Assembly (NCBI GenBank): GCA_049967855.1
Contig: JBMFRX010000011.1
Coordinates: 1 to 44,704 of the forward strand
Source: Caldisericaceae bacterium
Lineage (GTDB): Bacteria > Caldisericota > Caldisericia > Caldisericales > Caldisericaceae
DNA: 44,704 nucleotides
Direction of reading: 5' to 3'
Part shown: in pieces, positions 1 to 9,598 of the stretch
How the letters are laid out: each line of letters begins with the position of its first letter
How positions within the stretch are numbered: the first letter of the stretch is position 1
Translations under genes and position numbers: made by a program
The notes under the pieces: generated by a model
Seen by the model: the letters and a program-made list of their open reading frames with translations, nothing else
What the model was told of the DNA's origin: nothing
Databases searched by the model: none

Positions 1-3000
1 GAAAGAGCTGCGGCTATCTTGCAATAGGTGATTGTTTCATCGAGGGTAAGATATCTCCCTTTTCTGTCCTTGAGCCACTTTGAAAGAACCTGGTAGCCGC
101 CGATTTGATATTCAAACACTTCTTTTGTAATACCTTCAAAATATTGGGTAGCATTAATATAAACGCGGTTTTCACTTTCAACGAAATTTACTTTGATTAC
201 TTCGGAGTTTCCTGCGCCTTGAAACTTTGAAAAAGGTGTGTCAAGTTCATTAGACTTAAGAAGGTGAAGCTCGACAAGCCTTTTGCCAAGTGCAGACATT
301 TTTACAAAAACATTGTAATCATTTGCAAACGGGATTCTTGGAAAGTCAATTTTCAAAAATTCTGCATACTTAGTGCGATAGATATTTGAATAGAGCACTG
401 CATAGATATAGTAGAAAATTTCTTCTGGCGTTGGCAACTTGCCAAAAGTTTGAGAGAGTTTATCAAAAACTTCGGGGTTTATGTTGGGCGTTTTCTCAAC
501 ATTTGTATTTTCTTTAAACATTTCATTTTTGTCGGCAGAAGGGTAGAGGTAGAGAGGGAAAAGATATGCAATCCCTTTATTACTCAAGGTCACTCTACTC
601 TCTATTATTGCATCAATTATAAAGGCATGGTTAAATAGACCTTCCGCTACTTGTCTCACGGTTATTAGTCCTAAATTTTCCTGCATCATATGGCGCATAA
701 CATCTTTTCTTGTTCGCTCAATAAAATCATCATGATAAAACACCCACTGGACATCGAAAGGTCGATAAAGAACAGGTAAAATGTATTTGTTTATGTCAGA
801 ATCAGTGATAGATTGAAGCGAATTCCACGCCTTCCGTATACTCCAGCCTTTCTTCTTGTTTATTTGAAAGAAAGTATGCAGCTCATCGTCTGAAAGCTTA
901 CTATTTTTGAAATTCAGAATTCTATTCTCAAGCGCTTTCTTATCTCTATCAATTACAAAATCATCTCTTGCTGTAGTCATACCAACGCCGTTCACTGGGA
1001 AAATATCAGTTATTTTTTGCCATTCACTATATTTCTCAAGCAAATCTTCGTTTCTTGGCACGAACAGATAGTAAGGACTATTTTGCTCAAGTTCCTTCCA
1101 ATCTGTTGTTTTTATATCGTGGTTCAAAAGAAAATCGTATTTCTTTTCCCTTAATCCCCAAATCTCCGAGTGATACACTTTTGAATTTGTATCATCTTTT
1201 TTCTTTACAAAGAACGCAATGGCAACTCCCTGTTGAATATCAAACACATTTTCATCCTTGCTTCCATCGGGGCACTTTTCCTTTTTCAAACTGTTCCCGT
1301 GCAGGTCAAGGATGTAAATTTCATTAAACGTTTTCATAAGGGATTGCCTCATTCCTCTGAATGTGGGGTTGTCAAGATAACTGTGATTGGTTATGAATCC
1401 AAGCACCCCAACGCCTGCTTTATTGATTTTCCATTGGGCGAATCTTATAAACTTCACATAATCATCCTGCAACCATTTGGGGTTTCTTTCTCCGAGCGAT
1501 TTTCCGTCAATTTCATAATAGCTTTGAACGCCCTCAACATTTTCCTTGAGAAGTTTTTCAATCCAATCGCCATTGTTTGCTGAGATGCCCGAATATGGCG
1601 GATTGCCCATAATCACGATGATAGGAATCTCCTCTTTAACTTTCTCGGCATTCTTTGACTCTTCCGAAATTGAGGAAAGCACAGGGAACGACGATTCGCT
1701 TATAACATTAGTTTCGAGCGTGTTTGTGAGGAAATACTTGATCCTTTCATTTGCTCCAATTTCATAGCCATAATCCTCAAGCAAAAATGAAAGCCTCATA
1801 TGCCCGATTACATAGGGTGCCATCATCAGTTCAAAAGCATAAAAGTCATCGATGATGTGGTCTTTGATAAATCCTTTGAGGCTTCCTGAGCCGTATTTTT
1901 CTTTGAAATCATCCACTGCAATCTTTATGGCTTCTTCTAAGAACGAGAGCGTGCCACCTGCAGGGTCGAGCACTGTAACACTTTTATCGGCAAGACCATC
2001 GCTTATAGCAAACTTCTCCTTCAGAATCAGGTTCACAGAACGAGCGATATAAGAGACAACGGGGTGAGGCGTATAATATACACCGCGTTTTTCTCTCTCT
2101 TTTGGGTCATACTCGTAGAGGAAATTCTCGTAGAAGTATATTACAGGGTCTTCGCCTTTTTTCTCTATTCTATAATTCTCAAAGGCGTTATTTACATCAA
2201 AATGCGCAAGAAGATAAGCAATGTCATCAATAATCCATTCCATCTGCTCGGGGATATCTTCAAGTGAAATGATTTTAAAAATATCCCTCAATATGCCAAA
2301 AGTTTTGGGAATCACATAGAACGCTTCGCGCCTGTCAAACTCATTTTTGCTGTGCATCCTTGCAGTAAACAGCCCGTAGGCAAGAGTTTGAGCGTATAGG
2401 TCACAAAAGTCATCTTTGCTTATTCCTGTTATCAGGTATTTTTCAAAACTTTCATATAGCCCCTGCAGAAATTTCTCGCCACCATAAAACAATGAGGCAA
2501 CAACCCACTTGAGCATCTTTGTCTTGTCTGCAAGCGACTTTGCAATTTCCTCAGTGGTGAAATTACGAGGCAATGCAAATGAGAAAAACTTGTCGAAGAA
2601 ACCTTTAATCTCTTCGTCTTTTGATCTGGTTACTCTTGTAATATTCAAGTTGATGAGGCTTTCAAAGGGAAGAATTTCTATTTTCTCTACAGGATTTCCG
2701 TTTCTGTATAGCCTAAACTCAAGAAGATTAGTTAGCAACAAGTTGGGAAATGCCTTGCGGTATCTTTCGAGTTGCTCGCTTTTTTCGATTTTGTTGAGGT
2801 CTTCCTTTAAAATATCTTTGACTTCAATATAACCTATGATTTCACTTTTGCCTTTCCAGATTTTGATGTCAGGGTTGCCTGCCTCAGTTTGCTTGGGGAG
2901 GATACGTACATCAACGTCAAAGCCCTGCTCTTTCTTAGCAAATTCCGAAAGAAAGTCACTGAGGATTGAATAAAAACTCTCTTCTCTTGTGTCGCCTTTT

Positions 3001-3041
3001 TCATAAATCTTTTTGATTTCTTTCAGGTAGTTTTCAATCAC
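1..3041 (-). CDS. Single-chain type IIG restriction-modification enzyme (PD-(D/E)xK nuclease + N6-adenine methyltransferase + C-terminal specificity region); 3' end beyond window
   Basis: Hand-translated; absent from the ORF track because there is no stop in the window. GTG at 3041 gives MIENYLKEIKKIYEKGDTREESFY..., then GNPDIKIW...GYIEVK (nuclease), RGVYYTP, VLDPAGGT (motif I), GNPPY (motif IV, ~1590-1610) and FEYQIGGYQVLSKWLKDRK near the edge. Start and edge segments are in the same frame; not every internal codon was checked. Confidence 0.9.
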   Translation of the reverse strand, partial: MIENYLKEIKKIYEKGDTREESFYSILSDFLSEFAKKEQGFDVDVRILPKQTEAGNPDIKIWKGKSEIIGYIEVKDILKEDLNKIEKSEQLERYRKAFPNLLLTNLLEFRLYRNGNPVEKIEILPFESLINLNITRVTRSKDEEIKGFFDKFFSFALPRNFTTEEIAKSLADKTKMLKWVVASLFYGGEKFLQGLYESFEKYLITGISKDDFCDLYAQTLAYGLFTARMHSKNEFDRREAFYVIPKTFGILRDIFKIISLEDIPEQMEWIIDDIAYLLAHFDVNNAFENYRIEKKGEDPVIYFYENFLYEYDPKEREKRGVYYTPHPVVSYIARSVNLILKEKFAISDGLADKSVTVLDPAGGTLSFLEEAIKIAVDDFKEKYGSGSLKGFIKDHIIDDFYAFELMMAPYVIGHMRLSFLLEDYGYEIGANERIKYFLTNTLETNVISESSFPVLSSISEESKNAEKVKEEIPIIVIMGNPPYSGISANNGDWIEKLLKENVEGVQSYYEIDGKSLGERNPKWLQDDYVKFIRFAQWKINKAGVGVLGFITNHSYLDNPTFRGMRQSLMKTFNEIYILDLHGNSLKKEKCPDGSKDENVFDIQQGVAIAFFVKKKDDTNSKVYHSEIWGLREKKYDFLLNHDIKTTDWKELEQNSPYYLFVPRNEDLLEKYSEWQKITDIFPVNGVGMTTARDDFVIDRDKKALENRILNFKNSKLSDDELHTFFQINKKKGWSIRKAWNSLQSITDSDINKYILPVLYRPFDVQWVFYHDDFIERTRKDVMRHMMQENLGLITVRQVAEGLFNHAFIIDAIIESRVTLSNKGIAYLFPLYLYPSADKNEMFKENTNVEKTPNINPEVFDKLSQTFGKLPTPEEIFYYIYAVLYSNIYRTKYAEFLKIDFPRIPFANDYNVFVKMSALGKRLVELHLLKSNELDTPFSKFQGAGNSEVIKVNFVESENRVYINATQYFEGITKEVFEYQIGGYQVLSKWLKDRKGRYLTLDETITYCKIAAAL

Positions 3042-3159
3042 GCTTCTATTTTACATTAAATTATCCAAAAACAAAATACCTGAAAAATTTCAAATACTAT
3101 CAAAATTCAAATTTATCGCTTTTATACAACCGAAAAAACTAAATATGAAAAGGCAATTA

Positions 3160-3187
3160 TTGTTTTTCTGACAACTTTTGGTATAAT
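3160..3187 (+). promoter_or_regulatory. Putative sigma70-type promoter of tRNA-Ala
   Basis: TTGTTT (3160-3165), 16 nt spacer, TG-g-TATAAT extended -10 (3179-3187), about 30 nt upstream of the tRNA. Confidence 0.5.
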
Positions 3188-3218
3188 TTACACGTGCTTA
3201 ACAATTCTACGAACAGAT

Positions 3219-3293
3219 GGGGCAGTAGTTCAGCGGGAGAACGCATCCTTCGCAAGGATGAGGTCAGGGGTTCAATTCCCCTCTGCTCCACCA
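3219..3293 (+). tRNA. tRNA-Ala (anticodon CGC)
   Basis: Acceptor stem GGGGCAG/CTGCTCC with the G3:U70 alanine identity pair; anticodon stem CATCC/GGATG with loop TTCGCAA; T-loop GTTCAATTC; encoded CCA. Confidence 0.97.
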
Positions 3294-3367
3294 GAAAATC
3301 TTATACATTGAGTTTCAGCAAGAGTTTCAATACATCAGAAGCATAAGCTCTACCTCAAGAATAAAAT

Positions 3368-4195
3368 TTAAAATGCTTTAAGGGGATTCCCTTTCAAAAT
3401 CTGGTCAACTTCTTGCCAACCTGTAGGGTAGGCAAAATTATAGCGTGCAGGTAGTGCAAACACATATTTGTTGTTTCGCCCAAGCTCTGTTGGTCCTATT
3501 GGTGCAGCACTCACCGAGAGCTTCTCCTGTTCCACCAAGTTCCACTGGTCGATTGTAAAAACCATAATTGGGATGTCCTGATACGGGTCACTCACGGTCC
3601 ATTTGGGATTTCTGATTAGAATCTCTGGACCATTTATTTCAGTTCCCTGGCCGCCTTGAGAATTATTCGGATAGCCCGTCCATTGACTATTAACAATTGA
3701 ATAACCTTTCCAGCTTGCTGGTAACGAGAAACTGAAGCCATACTGCGAGTTTGTATAGACTAATCCACTCTTAACAATCTTGAAAACCGCACTACTTTCG
3801 CCTGAAATCGGGTTTGTAACAGGCACAGAGGCATAGCAACTTATTCCAAGGATGTAATCGCCTTCTGGATACATAAGAGCGACGGTCCATTCCTTACTGC
3901 CAGTGTTATCAAGGTTGGTGAAAATAATCGGGTCGAATTCTTGCCCCTCAGAAGGCAAAGGTGGCGGTGGGACTCTTCTTATGGTGATTGATACTTTATC
4001 TTCCGCGGGTATGTTTTTGGTTTCCCACTTTATTGTGTAGGTGGAGCCCTCAGTTAAGACTTCTCCGCCATTTGGAAAAACAAGGCTCACCGATGGCTGA
4101 GCACTTTTAACAGCAGTGCGACTGTACTGCCAGATTAAACCACCAAGCACAACAATAATCACAGCTACAACTAACGTAAGTAAAATTCTCTTCAT
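3368..4195 (-). CDS. Membrane-anchored/exported hypothetical protein (PNGGE Ig-like domain + PsbP-like C-terminal domain)
   Basis: 275 aa ORF; N-terminal hydrophobic helix; VFPNGGEVL..GSTYTIKW motif; YTNSQYGFSFSLPASW motif; GGGGG SD upstream. Confidence 0.7.
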   Translation of the reverse strand: MKRILLTLVVAVIIVVLGGLIWQYSRTAVKSAQPSVSLVFPNGGEVLTEGSTYTIKWETKNIPAEDKVSITIRRVPPPPLPSEGQEFDPIIFTNLDNTGSKEWTVALMYPEGDYILGISCYASVPVTNPISGESSAVFKIVKSGLVYTNSQYGFSFSLPASWKGYSIVNSQWTGYPNNSQGGQGTEINGPEILIRNPKWTVSDPYQDIPIMVFTIDQWNLVEQEKLSVSAAPIGPTELGRNNKYVFALPARYNFAYPTGWQEVDQILKGNPLKAF

Positions 4196-4509
4196 CTTTA
4201 TGCCCCCAAAATTTATTCTATTTCCTTTACATTTAGACTCTAAATAAGCCGTAAAAGTTCCATTATTTTTAGAGTTTCATAAATAATCTTCAAAAACAAA
4301 AAAGAATTCGCATACAAAATCATTAACTTGCAATATTCAAGCGCATTTCATCTTTGCGGTTACAAATCACCTGACTGTATATCTTGATTCAAATCTCTAT
4401 TAGCCATAAAGGTTATAGCTTTTTATTACGAATTACGAAATATGAATCTGAGCTGCTGAGATAAGGCTCGTCCAAGAAAAGACAGCCAACCTACCCAAAC
4501 TTAACATAC

Positions 4510-4537
4510 TTGACTTCCGACATTTAGTGAATAGAAT
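4510..4537 (+). promoter_or_regulatory. Putative sigma70-type promoter of the BNR-repeat protein gene
   Basis: TTGACT-16 nt-TAGAAT, followed by GGGAGG SD and ATG at 4556. Confidence 0.5.
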
Positions 4538-4555
4538 ATTTTTGGGAGGGAAACT

Positions 4556-7132
4556 ATGAGACATAAATTCATAATCGTTACCTTGATGTTAGTTGTCATT
4601 GTGGCAGCTGCGCCAAATACTTCAAATATAAGAAGCGCCTCGCGTGAATGGATTCCACTGAACAATGGCTTTCCAGTGCCAAATGTTATTGACCTTGCTG
4701 TTGAGCCATCGAATACTAATGTAATGTACGCAGTAACAAGCCAGGCAGGCATTTATAGGACCGTCGATGGGGGCTCCAACTGGGCTCAAATGAATAACGG
4801 AATAGTAGATTCAAATATTTTTTGTGTTTTCATCGACCCTATGAAACCTCAAACTGTTTATGCTGGAGGGTATGACGTTTTCAAGTCCACGAATCGTGGA
4901 GTTCAATGGATTAGCCTAAATACAAACCTCTCAAGCAAGGTGAATTGCATACGCACCGATCCATCTAATAGCAACACTATTTACGTAGGCACAGACCAAG
5001 AAGGCATATTCAAATCAACAGATGGCGGCTTAAATTGGATTCAAATTAGTCAAGGACTAAGAGATTATGAATATTTATCACTCCCTCACATCTACAGCAT
5101 AATTATTACCCCTTCAAACCATTCAATTCTATACGCTTGCGCTGACGATGGTATTTATAAATCTACGGATGCAGGGGCAAAATGGACAAGAATTAATAAT
5201 GGACTGACTCAAACGTTTAAAATCATCGTGAACGGCGTTGAAGGTACAGACGAAGTTATACCAAATGTTCTTTCAGCTTCCATCAACACTGCAAACTCAT
5301 CAAATGTTTATCTTGGTACTAATATGGGCATCTTTGTTACAGAAAATGGCGGAGAAAGCTGGACAAAGCTATCAGCACCAGAAGAACTAATTGTTTCACG
5401 AATGGCTGCTTCAACCAACTTAGACACAATTTTAATTGGAACAGATAAAGGAATATTTATTTCTAAAGATTATGCTAAGACCTGGCAGAAAATCGGTCAA
5501 GACATTATACAAACGCAAATAAATGCGTTCTTTGCTGACTTCACAGAACCATTGCAAATCGTTGTTGCAACATCAAAAGGCATATTTGAATCAAAAGACG
5601 GAGGAACCTCATTTACTCCTTCAAACAAAGGATTGGTCTATACAAATATCTCCCATATCATTGCAGGAGGAGATGAGAAAGTGCTTTTTGCTGCCACACT
5701 GAACGATGGTCTTTACAAATCGTCAAACTCTGGTGAGAATTGGCAATTAACCACAAATGCACTTAACAACATAAATGCAATTTCCGCCGCAGTAAATCCA
5801 AACAACAACCAGAACGTTCTTCTGGGTACTGACGACGGCTTATATATCTCAAAAGACGGCGGAGAGACATTTGACCCAGCTTCCAAGCAGTTGGAAGGCA
5901 ACGAAGTCTATTCAATAGTCTTCTTAAACTCGCAAATAGTGCTTGCAGGAACAACTAATGGCATTTTCAAATCTGAGGATGGAGGATTCACCTGGAAGCC
6001 TTCGAATTCAGGTATAGCTGAAGTTGACAATGCTTCAGTTGTCTCGATTGCATTTAATGCCAAGAATTCCGATACAATTTACGCAGCTGCAGTAGATAAA
6101 GGAGTTTTCAAATCTCAAGACGGAGGCAACTCTTGGAGTCCTATCAATCAAAACCTGGAAACTCCCCTGCCCCACATCAATTTAATAGCCGTGGATCCTT
6201 CTAACCCGTCTGCTGTTTACATTGCCTCTGACGGGGCAGGCTTGATTAAATCTGAAAATGGCGGGAACACGTGGAATAGACTTGCAAATACTCCCTCACC
6301 CTGGGTAAGAGATATTATAATCAATCCCGACAACAGCAAAAATATTTACGCTTCGTTCTACCCTGATGGAGTTTTCGCCACTTCTGACGGCGGATTAACA
6401 TGGACCGATATTAGTCTCAATCTTCCTTCAAAAGATGTAGGCTCGCTTTTATACAAAAACAATCGTCTTCTAGCATCTGAATCTACGGGCGTCTATGAGC
6501 TCACTTCTTCCTACACTATTATGGCTTCCTCGACAATAAACGGCACGATTTATCCTTCTGGAGCAATAAATTGCAAACACGGAGCAAACCAGACATTCAA
6601 GATTAATCCTAACGAGGGATACAGGATTTCAGAAATTAAAGTGGACGGTGTCTCTATAGGCAGTGTATCCTCATACACATTTTTTAATGTCTCTTCCGAC
6701 CATACAATCTCTGCAACGTTTGAAAAACTGACATCGACAACAACGATTATCCTGCAAGTAGGTTCTTCGTCCTTCACTGTAAACGGAACACCAAATACGC
6801 TGGATTCTCCTCCTTTAATAAAGAATGGACGAACACTTCTCCCGATAAGGGCTGTGATTGAAGCGTTAAATGGTTCGATTGGCTGGGATCAATCTACAAA
6901 GAAAGTAACAGTTTCTCTTGGCTCAGATACTATAGAACTCTGGATAGGGAAATCAATTGCAAAAGTAAATGGTAAGGATACTCCGATAGATTCAAAAGAC
7001 TCGAAAGTAGTCCCTGAAATCATCAACGGCAGAACAATGCTTCCTATAAGATTTGTTGCAGAAAGCCTGGGCTGCAACGTTGGATGGGACGGAACGACAA
7101 AGGCAATTACGATAACATATGAGGGACACTAA
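4556..7132 (+). CDS. Secreted BNR/Asp-box beta-propeller protein (VPS10/YCF48/GH74-like) with an InlB B-repeat-like domain and C-terminal copper amine oxidase N-terminal-like (stalk) domain
   Basis: 858 aa; signal peptide; many SxDGGxxW Asp-box repeats; YTIMASS..GTIYPSG...HTISATF repeat; C-terminal IKNGRTLLPIR...IINGRTMLPIRFVAESLG. Confidence 0.85.
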   Translation: MRHKFIIVTLMLVVIVAAAPNTSNIRSASREWIPLNNGFPVPNVIDLAVEPSNTNVMYAVTSQAGIYRTVDGGSNWAQMNNGIVDSNIFCVFIDPMKPQTVYAGGYDVFKSTNRGVQWISLNTNLSSKVNCIRTDPSNSNTIYVGTDQEGIFKSTDGGLNWIQISQGLRDYEYLSLPHIYSIIITPSNHSILYACADDGIYKSTDAGAKWTRINNGLTQTFKIIVNGVEGTDEVIPNVLSASINTANSSNVYLGTNMGIFVTENGGESWTKLSAPEELIVSRMAASTNLDTILIGTDKGIFISKDYAKTWQKIGQDIIQTQINAFFADFTEPLQIVVATSKGIFESKDGGTSFTPSNKGLVYTNISHIIAGGDEKVLFAATLNDGLYKSSNSGENWQLTTNALNNINAISAAVNPNNNQNVLLGTDDGLYISKDGGETFDPASKQLEGNEVYSIVFLNSQIVLAGTTNGIFKSEDGGFTWKPSNSGIAEVDNASVVSIAFNAKNSDTIYAAAVDKGVFKSQDGGNSWSPINQNLETPLPHINLIAVDPSNPSAVYIASDGAGLIKSENGGNTWNRLANTPSPWVRDIIINPDNSKNIYASFYPDGVFATSDGGLTWTDISLNLPSKDVGSLLYKNNRLLASESTGVYELTSSYTIMASSTINGTIYPSGAINCKHGANQTFKINPNEGYRISEIKVDGVSIGSVSSYTFFNVSSDHTISATFEKLTSTTTIILQVGSSSFTVNGTPNTLDSPPLIKNGRTLLPIRAVIEALNGSIGWDQSTKKVTVSLGSDTIELWIGKSIAKVNGKDTPIDSKDSKVVPEIINGRTMLPIRFVAESLGCNVGWDGTTKAITITYEGH

Positions 7133-7146
7133 CTAAAAACATTATA

Positions 7147-7587
7147 CTATTGTTTTTCAATGACAAATGTCACTGGGCCATCGTTTGTGAGCCCAATTTC
7201 CATATGAGCCTTAAAAACACCAGTAAATACGGGAACGCCACAGTTTTTAATATGAGAGACGATATGCTCATACAGACTCCTGGCATTGTTTTCCTCCATT
7301 GCATCTGAGAAACTTGGACGATTGCCTTTCTTGACGTAAGATGCAAGAGTAAATTGCGAAACGACAAGAACAGAGCCTTTAACTTCTTGAACCGACAGGT
7401 TCATCTTGCCCGACTCATCTTCGAAAATTCTTAGATTGATAATCTTTTCAGAAATATATTTTGCAATTTCTTCGGTATCAGTTTTTTCTATCCCCACTAA
7501 AACAAGCAGCCCTTCACCAATTCTTGAAACGATTTTCCCTTCAACTGACACTGTCGCTTTCTTCACTCTCTGAACTACTGCCCTCAT
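7147..7587 (-). CDS. dtd: D-aminoacyl-tRNA deacylase
   Basis: MRAVVQRV, VSQFTL, GNRPSF, NDGPVT motifs; follows rel. Confidence 0.97.
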   Translation of the reverse strand: MRAVVQRVKKATVSVEGKIVSRIGEGLLVLVGIEKTDTEEIAKYISEKIINLRIFEDESGKMNLSVQEVKGSVLVVSQFTLASYVKKGNRPSFSDAMEENNARSLYEHIVSHIKNCGVPVFTGVFKAHMEIGLTNDGPVTFVIEKQ

Positions 7588-9598
7588 ATATCCACCTTTT
7601 TGTCACTCTGACTTTAAGCACTTCTGGAATTGCTTCTATTTTCTTGACTATTTCGCTAAGTGGTGTCTTGTTTGTTATCCTGCAAGAAAACCTCATATAC
7701 GCTTGGAAATGTCCTTTGTATTTCTTTTCCGTTCGAGTTGACGAATGGAAATTCTCAAAGCTCAGGTCTAAATTCGCAAATATGCCTGCAATGTTATAGA
7801 TCAAACCTGGCGTATCCCATACAGTAATTCTGAAAAACGCATAGAGCTGCTTGTTAGATGAAGAGAGCCAGTGAGCAGGAACAACCTTACCTCCCCTCTC
7901 AATTATGTCTTGCAGGTTTGGGCAATCTACCCTATGAATCTTTATACCTCTTCCTCTTGAAACATATCCTACAATATTGTCAGGATACACTGGATTGCAA
8001 CATTTAGCAACCGACGTCTTAACTCCATGAGTTGCCCCATCAATAACAGGAATGAACTCATCCTGTGTTTTCTTCTTGCTCTGAGGTGCTGCTACCTGAG
8101 CTACGGGAGCTTGTTTTTCAGAAGTTGTGATTTCTTGCTTCTTCTGTTCCTCATAAAGCTTTCTAAAATATGCTTTAATTCGAGAACGAGCTGATGCGCT
8201 TTTTACAAACTTCAACCAGTCAAGCTTTGGTCCTGAAGGAGTTTTTGAAGTTATTATCTCAACTCTGTCCCCTGTTTTGAGCTCAGTATTAAGAGGGACC
8301 ATTATGCCATTCACTCTCGCACCTACACAGTTGTAACCAACGTTAGTGTGCACTTTGAAAGCAAAATCAACAGGAGTCGCTCCTTGAGGAAGCTCAATTA
8401 CCTCACCTTTTGGAGTAAACACAAGAACTACCTCACTGAAAAGGTCTACCTTGACTCTTTCAACAAACTCCTTTGATGTGCGTACCTCTTTCTGCCAATC
8501 AAGCATCTGTCTGAGCCAGGCAATCTTTGCTTCATAATCTTTATCAAGGTTTTTGCCTTCTTTGTACTTCCAATGCGCGGCAATTCCCACCTCATCATGA
8601 TTATGCATCTCCCAGGTTCTTATTTGAATCTCAAACGGTTCGCCTGACTTTGTGATAACAGTCGTATGAAGAGACTGATACATATTCGGTTTAGGCAGTG
8701 CAATATAATCCTTGATGCGTCCAGGAACAAATTTGTAATAGTTGTTAACAATTCCTAGCACTTGATAACAGGTTGGTATATCGTTTACAATCACTCTCAA
8801 AGCAATGATATCGTAAATTTCCTCAAATTGCTTCCCATCTCGTATCATTTTTTTATAAATTCCATAAAGGTTTTTGGGGCGACCCGAGATGTCTGCACTT
8901 ATGTTATGAGACTTCATCAAATCCTTCAATTCGGAAATAAGTTGGTTCACATAGGCTTCCCTGTCGCTGCGTTTCTTCTGCACTTTTGCAGAAAGATCGT
9001 AGTATTTATCTGGCTCAAGATATCTAAAGCTCAAATCCTCAAGTTCCCATTTAATTGTATACAGTCCAAGCCTGTGAGCTAAAGGAACGTAAATGTCCAT
9101 TGTTTCTCGAGCAGTTTCCTGTTGTTTGTCAGGCGGCTTAAAACTCAGCGTCCTCATATTGTGAAGCCTATCGGCAAGTTTAATAAGGACAACCCTCACA
9201 TCTTGTGCCATAGCAAGAAGCATTTTTCTGAGATTCTCGAGTTGAGCTTCTTCAGTGGATACGCTTTTAATATCTTTCAACTTAGTGACTCCTGCCACAA
9301 GGAAACTCACTGACTCCCCAAAGTTATTCTTCACATCATCAAATGTAATCGAAGTATCCTCCACTACATCATGAAGTAAAGCCGCAGCATAAGTCTCGGG
9401 GTCAAGTTTCAGATTCGAAAGGATGAGAGCAACATTAAGAGGGTGGATTATATAGTCTTCTTGAGAATCTCTCTTCTGCCCATTATGAGCATTTTTGGCA
9501 AACTCGTATGCCTTCTTAATTAGCAAAACCTCTTCCTCTGACATACCGGAAGAGATCTTACTTAAAAGAGTGTCAAATAAAGTATCTGAATCAGTCAA
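7541..9598 (-). CDS. rel: Bifunctional (p)ppGpp synthetase/hydrolase (long RSH)
   Basis: HD motif LLHDVVED, KLADRLHNMRT, synthetase YQSLHT/EIQIRT, AAHWKYK, TGS (FTPKG), CC zinc finger, ACT; apt-rel-dtd order. Confidence 0.96.
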   Translation of the reverse strand: MTDSDTLFDTLLSKISSGMSEEEVLLIKKAYEFAKNAHNGQKRDSQEDYIIHPLNVALILSNLKLDPETYAAALLHDVVEDTSITFDDVKNNFGESVSFLVAGVTKLKDIKSVSTEEAQLENLRKMLLAMAQDVRVVLIKLADRLHNMRTLSFKPPDKQQETARETMDIYVPLAHRLGLYTIKWELEDLSFRYLEPDKYYDLSAKVQKKRSDREAYVNQLISELKDLMKSHNISADISGRPKNLYGIYKKMIRDGKQFEEIYDIIALRVIVNDIPTCYQVLGIVNNYYKFVPGRIKDYIALPKPNMYQSLHTTVITKSGEPFEIQIRTWEMHNHDEVGIAAHWKYKEGKNLDKDYEAKIAWLRQMLDWQKEVRTSKEFVERVKVDLFSEVVLVFTPKGEVIELPQGATPVDFAFKVHTNVGYNCVGARVNGIMVPLNTELKTGDRVEIITSKTPSGPKLDWLKFVKSASARSRIKAYFRKLYEEQKKQEITTSEKQAPVAQVAAPQSKKKTQDEFIPVIDGATHGVKTSVAKCCNPVYPDNIVGYVSRGRGIKIHRVDCPNLQDIIERGGKVVPAHWLSSSNKQLYAFFRITVWDTPGLIYNIAGIFANLDLSFENFHSSTRTEKKYKGHFQAYMRFSCRITNKTPLSEIVKKIEAIPEVLKVRVTKRWIYEGSSSESEESDSVS

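Noticed and set aside
450..2832. Short plus-strand ORFs in the track (62-116 aa)
   Set aside because: They lie antisense to the long minus-strand R-M gene. The same applies to the many short opposite-strand or nested ORFs elsewhere in the window.
4440..4500. Possible c-di-GMP-I riboswitch (GACAGCC..TACC-like 3' end and a small GAGC/GCTC hairpin)
   Set aside because: The 5' GGCAAAC/GAAA tetraloop and GACGCAAA core are absent, and it lies upstream of the predicted promoter. An Rfam scan would settle it.
4700..6420. Periodic repeats that might be a CRISPR or DNA tandem array
   Set aside because: They are degenerate protein-level Asp-box repeats inside a CDS, with no identical DNA repeats and spacers
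3270..7146. Integrated element bounded by a tRNA 3'-end duplication
   Set aside because: No second copy of the tRNA 3' end and no integrase found by eye
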